This document shows, piece by piece, positions 45,183 through 52,654 of a stretch of 64,000 nucleotides of DNA. Origin of the DNA: Phycisphaerales bacterium (GTDB taxonomy: Bacteria > Planctomycetota > Phycisphaerae > Phycisphaerales > SM1A02); NCBI GenBank assembly GCA_041580235.1, contig JBFGEG010000004.1, forward strand, positions 1,472-65,471, given 5' to 3'. Position 1 is the first letter of the stretch; each line of letters opens with the position of its first letter. The notes under the pieces were generated by a model. That model was not told the origin of the DNA, ran no database searches, and saw nothing but the letters and a program-made list of their open reading frames with translations. The position numbers were made by a program, and so were the translations under genes.

Positions 45183-46032
45183 TCTCGCCGCCGTCCAATC
45201 CATCCAACCGGCCGGAGACGCTGGTGGGGCCGAGAGCCGCCGTCATCGTGTCCTGCTGGTCGATGACGAAGAGGGCATCGTGCGGTCGCTGCGCCGTCTG
45301 CTCAGACGAGAGCCGTACGACCTGGACACCGCCGGCAGCGGGGAGGAGGCGCTCGAGAAGCTCGCCAGCCATCCGGCTCATCTGATCCTGACCGATCAGC
45401 GGATGCCGGGCATGACCGGGGTCGAGCTGCTCCGCGAGGTCCGCAACCGGTGGCCGGACACCATCCGCATCATTCTGAGCGGCTACACCAAGGTAGACAC
45501 CATCATCGATGCCATCAACGACGGTGAGGTTTACAAGTACCTCACCAAGCCGTGGAATGACGAGGAGCTGAAGCTCAACCTGCGGCGGGCTCTCGAGCAG
45601 TACGAGCTCGAGGCGGAGAACCGACGGCTTGCCGAGCAGGTTCTCGCGCAGAACCGAAAGCTCATCGAGCTCAACAAGATGCTCGAGGAGCGCGCCCTCG
45701 ACGCCGCGGCCGGGCTGAGCTCGTGGCAGACGCTGCTGGAGACCCTCCGCGTGGGCGTGGTGGCGATCGACGAGAATGAGCTGATCGTGGCGGCGAATCG
45801 CCAGGCGATGGAGCTGGCCGCGGCCACCCAGGAGTTCGTCGGGAGCCCGGCGGATACCGCCCTCAAGCGCGATCTCTACGCGATCGTCAAACAGACCGCG
45901 GGCCGATCTCGCTGCGGCCTCTCCGGTCGTCTGCAGCTCGACGGGCGAGCCTGCCAGTGGCACGTTGAGCCGCTACGCGACGGAGACATGTGCTTCGGCA
46001 ACGTGATCACGATCTGGGAGGAGGTCAAATGA
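45166..46032 (+). CDS. response regulator (REC) with coiled-coil and PAS-like C-terminal domain
   Basis: VLLVDDE...LILTDQRMPGMTG...KPW receiver motifs. GTG 45166 is preceded by GAAGGAGAG and overlaps the HK 3' end. Confidence 0.85.
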   Translation: MNSPLDLAAVQSIQPAGDAGGAESRRHRVLLVDDEEGIVRSLRRLLRREPYDLDTAGSGEEALEKLASHPAHLILTDQRMPGMTGVELLREVRNRWPDTIRIILSGYTKVDTIIDAINDGEVYKYLTKPWNDEELKLNLRRALEQYELEAENRRLAEQVLAQNRKLIELNKMLEERALDAAAGLSSWQTLLETLRVGVVAIDENELIVAANRQAMELAAATQEFVGSPADTALKRDLYAIVKQTAGRSRCGLSGRLQLDGRACQWHVEPLRDGDMCFGNVITIWEEVK

Positions 46033-47261
46033 CCGTCACCAGCAAGACGAAGTTCATCGATCAGATCGAGAGCTTGCCTCCGCTGCCGAGGATCGTCGGC
46101 CGGGTCCTGGAGGTTACCAAGTCGCCGCAGACTTCGGCGGAGGATCTGGCCAGGGTCCTTTCCGAGGACCAGGCCATGGCCGCCAAGATTCTCCGCGTCG
46201 CCAACTCGCCTTTCTACGGGGCGAGAGGGCGGGTGACCCAGCTGACAAGGGCCGTCGTGATGCTGGGCTCGGTGGCCGTACGCAACCAGGTCATCGGTAT
46301 CTGCGCCCGCAGTGCCGTGGCTCCCACCGCCCAAGCGAGCGAGGATCACGAGACCCTCTGGCGGCACGCCATTGCGGTGGCCTCGGCGTCGGAGCTCATC
46401 GGTCGCCGGATCGGCTTCCGGCCGCCGGTCGATGCGTTTATCGCAGGTCTGCTTCACGACATCGGGCAGCTGGCGATGGTGGTCTTTCAACCCAAGGCGT
46501 TCGGCGAGGTCTTGCGCGACCGCAGCGGCAAAGTCAATCTGCTCGAGCTGGAGCGGGAGCGTCTCGGCCTTGATCACACCGAGGCGGGCTACCGGATCCT
46601 TACCCGGTGGGGCCTGCCCGATCCCGTCTGCCGAGTCGTTCAGCACCATCATGACGAGAGCTTCGATGAGAAGGATTCCATTGCGCAGCTGCTGGCCATC
46701 GTCATGCTGGGAGACACGCTGGCCCAGGTGATGGGCATGGGGTTTGACTTTCCGCTGGAGCTCGCGAAACGGGCGGAGGCAGCGGTGAGCTTCCTGGGCA
46801 TCACGGAATCCGACCAGCTGTATGTCCTCAGCTGGCTCGAGGGCCGGGTGGCGGAGACGGACGAGATGCTGGCGATCGAGGATTCCCCGACCGAGCCCGG
46901 TGAGGAAGCACCCCCGAAGCCCGCGGTGTGGTTCTCCGGCGAGTCGGGGGCCCAGGATGTCGGACGGATTCTCCTTCAGCACTTCGGTTATGAGGTCAGA
47001 CACGCTTCGGGCGTCGACACCGACGCCGAGCTGCCCGGCGACGCCCTGATGATCATCGCGCTGTCGGAGGACCGTAAGCCCGATGCGTGCCGGCTGGCGT
47101 CCACGCTGGCCGCGAAGGGACACCGCAAGCTCGTCATGCTCGCCGACCCCGTGGAGAGCGATCCGCCGCGGCGGCGTCATGCCGGCAGCGGCGTCCTGCT
47201 GATCCCCCGGAGCTTCACCGCGTTTGATCTCCGCTGGGCCGAGGAGCAGCTTGCGGCGTGA
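46029..47261 (+). CDS. HDOD-domain protein with unassigned C-terminal domain
   Basis: HDOD pattern LPPLPRIVGRVLEVTKSP.TSAEDLARVLSEDQAMAAKILRVANSPFYG...AVVMLG...LWRHAIAVA..........AFIAGLLHDIG. ATGA overlap with the preceding stop; GGGAGGAGG RBS. Confidence 0.85.
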   Translation: MTVTSKTKFIDQIESLPPLPRIVGRVLEVTKSPQTSAEDLARVLSEDQAMAAKILRVANSPFYGARGRVTQLTRAVVMLGSVAVRNQVIGICARSAVAPTAQASEDHETLWRHAIAVASASELIGRRIGFRPPVDAFIAGLLHDIGQLAMVVFQPKAFGEVLRDRSGKVNLLELERERLGLDHTEAGYRILTRWGLPDPVCRVVQHHHDESFDEKDSIAQLLAIVMLGDTLAQVMGMGFDFPLELAKRAEAAVSFLGITESDQLYVLSWLEGRVAETDEMLAIEDSPTEPGEEAPPKPAVWFSGESGAQDVGRILLQHFGYEVRHASGVDTDAELPGDALMIIALSEDRKPDACRLASTLAAKGHRKLVMLADPVESDPPRRRHAGSGVLLIPRSFTAFDLRWAEEQLAA

Positions 47262-47304
47262 ACGAGGCCCGCGGGCACGAGCCCGCGAGCACAAGGAGGG
47301 CGCG

Positions 47305-48456
47305 ATGGCAGCGAAGGTCCTGTTGATCGATGACGAGCCGCTGGTGCTGCGGGCGCTGCAGCGCACACTCCGTCGCGCGGGGCACGAGCTGCTCACCGCC
47401 TCCGGCGGCGCCGAGGCGCTCGAAATCCTCGAGCAGCAAGACGTGGCCGTGATCATCTGCGACCAGCAGATGCCGGGGATGGCCGGCGCCGAGGTGCTGA
47501 AGCGATCCATCGCCATTCGCCCCGACGCCATCCGCATCACGCTGACGGGTTATGCCGACCTCCAGGCGACCGTCGCGACCGTCAATGAGGGGAAGGTCAG
47601 CCACTTTCTGTTCAAGCCCTGGGATGACGATCACCTGCGGGCGATCGTCAGCGAGGCGGTCCGCAGCTGCGAGATGCATCGGGAGATCCAGCGGCTCAAC
47701 GATCTCACGCGGCGGCAACGCGACGAGCTGCAGGAGTGGAGCGAGCTCCTGGAGCAGCGTGTCCGTGACCGCACGGTCGCCCTGAACTCCAGCTACGAGC
47801 AGACGCTCAGCGCCCTGATGCTCGCTCTGGATGCCCGCGAGCACGCCACCGTGGGCCACTCACGTCGGGTGACCATCTACTCCCTCTTTCTCGCCCTTCA
47901 GCTTGGTGTCGAGTTCGAGCGGCTTGAAGACCTGTATCGCGGCGCATTGCTTCACGACATCGGCAAGATTGGCACCCCCGACGCGGTGCTCCTCAAGCCG
48001 GGCAAGCTCGATCCCGAAGAGCGCGCGATCATCGAGGAGCACGTCGTGATCGGCACCCGGATCATCGAGGACATCTCCTATCTCCGCGACGCCATCGCCA
48101 TCCCGCGCTATCACCACGAGAAGTACGACGGCACGGGCTACGCCGAGGGGCTCGCGGGCGATGCCATTCCGATCGAGGCCCGGATCTTCGCCATCGTCGA
48201 TGTCTACGACGCCCTGCGTAACGACCGCCCCTACAAGAAGGCCATGCCCTACGAGAAGACGATGCAGATCATCCACGAAGGCGACGGCACGCACTTTGAT
48301 CCGGCGGTCGTCGCCGCGTTTGCGAACGTGCCCGTGTCCACCTGGACCTCCCTTGCCGCGGCCGCGGAGGGCATCAACAACTTCCAGGAGATGCTCGTGA
48401 CCTGCCTCAGCACCCAGGAGCGCTCCTCCCGGCCCCGGACGAGCGAGGCGGCGTAG
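47305..48456 (+). CDS. response regulator with HD-GYP-type phosphodiesterase domain (GYP degenerate to GYA)
   Basis: REC motifs (VLLIDDE, IICDQQMPGMAG, KPW). HD domain GHSRRV...LLHDIGK...HHEKYDGTGYAEGL. AAGGAGGG RBS. Confidence 0.9.
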   Translation: MAAKVLLIDDEPLVLRALQRTLRRAGHELLTASGGAEALEILEQQDVAVIICDQQMPGMAGAEVLKRSIAIRPDAIRITLTGYADLQATVATVNEGKVSHFLFKPWDDDHLRAIVSEAVRSCEMHREIQRLNDLTRRQRDELQEWSELLEQRVRDRTVALNSSYEQTLSALMLALDAREHATVGHSRRVTIYSLFLALQLGVEFERLEDLYRGALLHDIGKIGTPDAVLLKPGKLDPEERAIIEEHVVIGTRIIEDISYLRDAIAIPRYHHEKYDGTGYAEGLAGDAIPIEARIFAIVDVYDALRNDRPYKKAMPYEKTMQIIHEGDGTHFDPAVVAAFANVPVSTWTSLAAAAEGINNFQEMLVTCLSTQERSSRPRTSEAA

Positions 48457-48536
48457 ACCCGCACCCCCACCGGTCGCGAAACGAATCAAGCGGGTCGCGC
48501 GAAGCTGAAGTGAAGCTCGGTCGGCGAGGATGTCGC

Positions 48537-49748
48537 TCATCCGCTCGAAGCGGATGATGCGCCGCTGCCCGATGTGTCTTGACTCGTCGATAGCGGCAGC
48601 GTCTCAGTGTTCATCAGACCCTCCGCCTCGATGATCGCAAGGACGCGGCGGGCGATCCGTCGGTCGGCGTCGGCGGTGAAGTGGCCGTCGGGCAGAAAGC
48701 TGTCGAGGTCCGACGCGGGGGCGATCTCGTGGGTCGAGACGAAGGCGAGATCGAGATCCCGCAGGATCGGGCCCAGCAGCGTGTGCAGGTGGTCGGCGAA
48801 GCCCTGCTCGTGAAAGAGCACGACGATGGCAGACCGGCCGTCGGCGCGCACGGTCTCGGCGAACGATCGCACGATCGCGCGGGCAACGGGCCCGACCGTC
48901 GAGTCGGGCCGGTATCCGTCCGTGTCGTGCACCCGCGCCAGTTGACGGCGTATGTGACGCTGGCCCCAGCCACGACGCAGCAGACGCACGAGCGTCGATT
49001 CATCGAGCCGTCCACCCCTGAAGACGAGATCGTCGTAGTAGGCGTCGTGCTCGGCGAGCTGGCGGCGGAACGCCTCCCAGCGGTCGGCGTCGCCCATGGC
49101 ACGGCGGAGCTCGTCGAGCGATTGAACGAGCGGCTCCGTGGCGACGAGCTCGCCGTCGCTGATCCGGTACAGGGGATAGGTGTACGGCGCGGGCGCGTCG
49201 AAGTGGATGAGCATCTGCGTCATGGATTCCAGACCGGCCAGCGCCCAGGCGGAGATACCCAGCATCACGACGTCGGCATCGTGGCGGTCGCGGTCTTTCT
49301 GGTAGCTGTCGTAGGAGTGGCTCAGCGGCGCGTTGGGACCACCGGTGAGTCGAAACGTCAGCGTGGGGTCCAGCGCCTGCATGGCGTAGCACACCCGGAA
49401 CGACGTGGACATGCCGTACGCCGCCACCAGCAGCCCGCCGTCGTGGGCAGCACGGGTCGGCTCGTCGGGCCGGGATCCGTACCACCCGGCCGCCGCCATC
49501 GGGGCCGAGGACCGGTCGGTCGCGCCGACCATTCGGGCCAGCTGCCCCTCCACGGACCGCCCCTGGTCGAAGCGGCGTTGCAAGGGTCCGGGCCGGACGC
49601 CGGCGGGCGGCGACGCGAACAGCCGTCCCACCGCAAAGTCGATGACCGCCAGGCACACCAGCGTCCACAGCACGACCACCACCGCCTGTCGAAACGGCGA
49701 CGGAGGTGACTGGTCAAAACTGGAAGTAGATGAACTCAGTAGGCTCAT
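48537..49748 (-). CDS. membrane-anchored SGNH/DltD/AlgJ-like partner of the MBOAT (putative extracytoplasmic acyltransferase)
   Basis: N-terminal TM (AVVVVLWTLVCLAVIDFAV). Candidate block I Ser (AAYGMSTSF) and block V DGHFTADADRRIARRV (DxxH-like). Immediately downstream of, and overlapping, the MBOAT gene. Start uncertain (49748 or 49787). Confidence 0.6.
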   Translation of the reverse strand: MSLLSSSTSSFDQSPPSPFRQAVVVVLWTLVCLAVIDFAVGRLFASPPAGVRPGPLQRRFDQGRSVEGQLARMVGATDRSSAPMAAAGWYGSRPDEPTRAAHDGGLLVAAYGMSTSFRVCYAMQALDPTLTFRLTGGPNAPLSHSYDSYQKDRDRHDADVVMLGISAWALAGLESMTQMLIHFDAPAPYTYPLYRISDGELVATEPLVQSLDELRRAMGDADRWEAFRRQLAEHDAYYDDLVFRGGRLDESTLVRLLRRGWGQRHIRRQLARVHDTDGYRPDSTVGPVARAIVRSFAETVRADGRSAIVVLFHEQGFADHLHTLLGPILRDLDLAFVSTHEIAPASDLDSFLPDGHFTADADRRIARRVLAIIEAEGLMNTETLPLSTSQDTSGSGASSASSG

Positions 49749-51351
49749 TGCCGGTTCCCATGACGAAGACGAAGATGAGCAATGCATACAGCGCGCCCCT
49801 GCACCACGCCGGCAGCCTGCGATAGGCGAGGGCGTCGCCGGTGGCGTACTCGAGCAGATCGAGACCGAGCAGGACGGGAATCCCGACCACCGCGGAGAGC
49901 GCCGGAAGCTTCATGGACAGGTGCGTGCCGCCGGCCCCGGTGACCAGCGTCGCGGTGAAATCGAAGATCTGAGCGAACGATCCCGCTCGAAACAGCAGAA
50001 AGCTGTACCAGTTGATCGCGAAGAACACCGCGATCCCGGCCGCGACACGCCATCGGCGGCCGGTCCGGTCGGCGTCGGGCCGCGGGGCCCGGTCGCGATA
50101 GACGGCGTGGATGACCAGCAGCAGCCCGTGGAATCCGCCCCAGAGAACGAAGTTCCACGACGCCCCGTGCCAGAGCCCGCCCAGCAGCATCGTGATCATG
50201 AGGGCCGGATAGATGCGACGCCTCGGATCCAGGAACACCAGCGGCATGAACAGGTAGTCCCGCAGCCACGTCGAGAGGCTGATGTGCCACCGCTGCCAGT
50301 ACTCGGCGGGGTTCCGCGCGAAGAACGGCGCGCGGAAGTTCGTCACGAGGTCGATGCCCAGCAGCTTGGACGCGCCCCGGGCGATGTCCGAGTAGCCGGA
50401 AAAGTCGCAGTAGACCTGGAGGCAGAACAGCAGCGTCGCCGCCGCGACGTCCACGGCGCCGACGGTCCCCGTCGAGCTGTAGATCGAGTCGACGCTCGCG
50501 GCGACCCCGTCGGCGATCGCCACCTTCTTGAAGAGCCCCTGCAGGATCAGGAAGCACCCGTGCTGGAAGCGGGCGAGCTCGAAGCGGCGCGGGCTCTGCA
50601 GGCGGGGCAGCAGCTCGCCGGGTCGCTCGATCGGGCCCGCCACAAGCTGCGGGAAGTACGCCACGTACAACGCGAAGTCGAGGAAGCGATCGGTCGGCGG
50701 CAGCTTCCGCCGGTACACGTCGATCGTGTAGCACATCGTCTGAAACGTGTAGAACGAGATGCCCACGGGCAGCACGACGTCGAGGCGGATCAGCCGGGCA
50801 TCGACCCCCATACCCTGCAGCGCCTGCTCCGCGGAGCCGACGAAGAAGTCGAAGTACTTGAAGACGCCGAGGATGGTGAGGTTGACCAAGACGCTCGCCC
50901 ACAGGCCGATCGTGCGGCGGCGGTCATCATCGAGCCGCGACACCAGCCGGTGAGACGCGTTGGCTACAGCGACGAGAGCCAGCGCTCCGCCGAGCGCCCA
51001 GACGCCCAGCGGCTCGAGCAGCGCGGCCCAGTCGACGCCGGACCCGTCGGCCCCGCCGATCCGTACGGCCGACCAGTTGATGGTGACGAAACACAGCGCC
51101 GAGAGCGTGAGCCACGTCGAAGCGCCGAGACGCTGGCGGCCGGTCAGCCCGCCGCGTCCGATGGTCAGCCCGCACCAGTAGTCGACGACGGTTGACAGGG
51201 CGATGAGGAAGAGAAATCGCTCATCCCACGATCCGTAGAAGACATAGCTCGCGACCAGCAGCATGCGGTTCTGCCCGCGGTGAGGCAGCAGCGCATAGAT
51301 GGCGAGCACTGCGGGCAGGAACAGCAGGAACTGGACCGAGTTGAACAGCAC
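49714..51351 (-). CDS. MBOAT-family membrane O-acyltransferase (AlgI/DltB/PatA-like)
   Basis: N-terminus LFNSVQFLLFLP, RWHISLSTWLRDYLFMPL, and catalytic-His region GGLWHGASWNFVLWGGFHG. GTG start at 51351. Confidence 0.92.
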   Translation of the reverse strand: MLFNSVQFLLFLPAVLAIYALLPHRGQNRMLLVASYVFYGSWDERFLFLIALSTVVDYWCGLTIGRGGLTGRQRLGASTWLTLSALCFVTINWSAVRIGGADGSGVDWAALLEPLGVWALGGALALVAVANASHRLVSRLDDDRRRTIGLWASVLVNLTILGVFKYFDFFVGSAEQALQGMGVDARLIRLDVVLPVGISFYTFQTMCYTIDVYRRKLPPTDRFLDFALYVAYFPQLVAGPIERPGELLPRLQSPRRFELARFQHGCFLILQGLFKKVAIADGVAASVDSIYSSTGTVGAVDVAAATLLFCLQVYCDFSGYSDIARGASKLLGIDLVTNFRAPFFARNPAEYWQRWHISLSTWLRDYLFMPLVFLDPRRRIYPALMITMLLGGLWHGASWNFVLWGGFHGLLLVIHAVYRDRAPRPDADRTGRRWRVAAGIAVFFAINWYSFLLFRAGSFAQIFDFTATLVTGAGGTHLSMKLPALSAVVGIPVLLGLDLLEYATGDALAYRRLPAWCRGALYALLIFVFVMGTGNEPTEFIYFQF

Positions 51352-51434
51352 GGCCCGTCTTCATCGGCCGGTTACCGGACGTGCCGAAGTCGATCTCGCG
51401 GTTCGAGGGGCTTTTTTGCGCGCTTGAAGCAGCT

Positions 51435-52382
51435 CTACCAGATGTCGTTGACCCGCTTCTGAACAAGCAACGCCATGGAGCGGGGCAGGAACCGCGCATC
51501 GGGCAGCGTTCGCTCGGGGCTGCCGGAGTACGTTTCCAGCACGCGGAGGCCGTGGTCCTCCGCCAGCACGACGAGCTCCGACTCGCGGCGGAACTCGGCG
51601 ATGTGGTCAGTGTGCGCTGCGGTCAGGGCGCCGGTGATGAACGCGGTGCCGTGAGGGCGCAGCAGCCCGCTGATTGCCGCGAAGAGGGCGTCGGGGCGCT
51701 CCAGGTGCTCCACGAGAAAGCAGCAGATGCATGCATCGGCGGGGTCGGACGGTTTCGGCAGCCCGAGAGCGTCCTGACGCTCGAAGTCGGCACGATCGCG
51801 GACGCCCGCCGCCTCGGCAATCGATTCTGCGATGGCGATCGAGCCGGGGCTGATGTCGTAGCCTCGGACACGGGCCCCGGAGAGGGCCGTCAGCGCCCAC
51901 ACGCCCCAGCTTCCGTGGCCCGGCGCAAGCTCGACGATTCGCACCGAGTTGTCCAGCCTCGCCACGAACCGATCGCGGAACATCATCGCGATCTCCAGGT
52001 GATGGGGCCAGAGAAAATTGGTCAGGTACGCCCCCCACAGGTACTCGGTCATGCTGTCCGCACCGTACACCGCCTGGTAGACGTCGTCGTAGGTGCGCTG
52101 CCCGTAACTTCCTCGGCGCTCGTACCGCGCCTGCTCCAGGCCGACGTCCGTGCAGAATCGGACGTATGCATCCACCATCTCGCCAATCGAGAGCCGGCCC
52201 GGCGCGGCCATCGCCCATTCCAGGTGCATCTCGACGATCTCATCGAACCGTGCGGGGTTCACGGCCCGCGTCTCCTGGAGACCTGGCAGGGACCGTGGAT
52301 GGCGAGCTTCGACGTAGGCCGTCAGCTCGTCGAGCAATGGGCGACCGACGCGTGTTCGAGTGGGGGGGGCAGTGGTGCTCAC
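51435..52382 (-). CDS. class I SAM-dependent methyltransferase
   Basis: Motif I IVELAPGHGSWG, motif II-like VRGYDISP, and post-I acidic residues. GTG start shares a GTGA overlap with the ACP stop. Confidence 0.8.
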   Translation of the reverse strand: MSTTAPPTRTRVGRPLLDELTAYVEARHPRSLPGLQETRAVNPARFDEIVEMHLEWAMAAPGRLSIGEMVDAYVRFCTDVGLEQARYERRGSYGQRTYDDVYQAVYGADSMTEYLWGAYLTNFLWPHHLEIAMMFRDRFVARLDNSVRIVELAPGHGSWGVWALTALSGARVRGYDISPGSIAIAESIAEAAGVRDRADFERQDALGLPKPSDPADACICCFLVEHLERPDALFAAISGLLRPHGTAFITGALTAAHTDHIAEFRRESELVVLAEDHGLRVLETYSGSPERTLPDARFLPRSMALLVQKRVNDIW

Positions 52383-52654
52383 GCCTGTCCCGCGGGCTGC
52401 CCGGCCGGTCGGTCGGCCAGCTTCTCGTGAATCAGTCCACGCAACTCGCCGACGTTCGTGAGCCTGATGACCTCTTCACTACGGAACCTGACGCCGAGCT
52501 CCTGCTCGAGATGGATCATCAGGCTGACGTGCTTGAGCGAGTCCCAGCCGTCAACGTCCGCGGAGGTCATGTCGTCACGCAGCTCGAGCCCGGGCCGGCG
52601 GAACAGCGTCCGGAAGACGTCGGTCACGATCTCGTCGATTGTGTTCTTGTCCAT
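52379..52654 (-). CDS. acyl carrier protein
   Basis: 91 aa with a phosphopantetheine attachment motif DGWDSLKHVSL in a four-helix-length protein. Start ATG 52654. Confidence 0.85.
   Translation of the reverse strand: MDKNTIDEIVTDVFRTLFRRPGLELRDDMTSADVDGWDSLKHVSLMIHLEQELGVRFRSEEVIRLTNVGELRGLIHEKLADRPAGQPAGQA

Noticed and set aside
45876-47540. 554-aa minus-strand ORF opposite the HDOD and response-regulator genes
   Set aside because: It is an antisense shadow. The plus-strand genes have strong RBSs, overlaps and clear domains.
49405-51195. 596-aa plus-strand ORF opposite the MBOAT gene
   Set aside because: It is an antisense shadow. It is Arg/Asp/Glu/Pro-rich with no hydrophobic pattern, whereas the minus strand encodes a textbook MBOAT.
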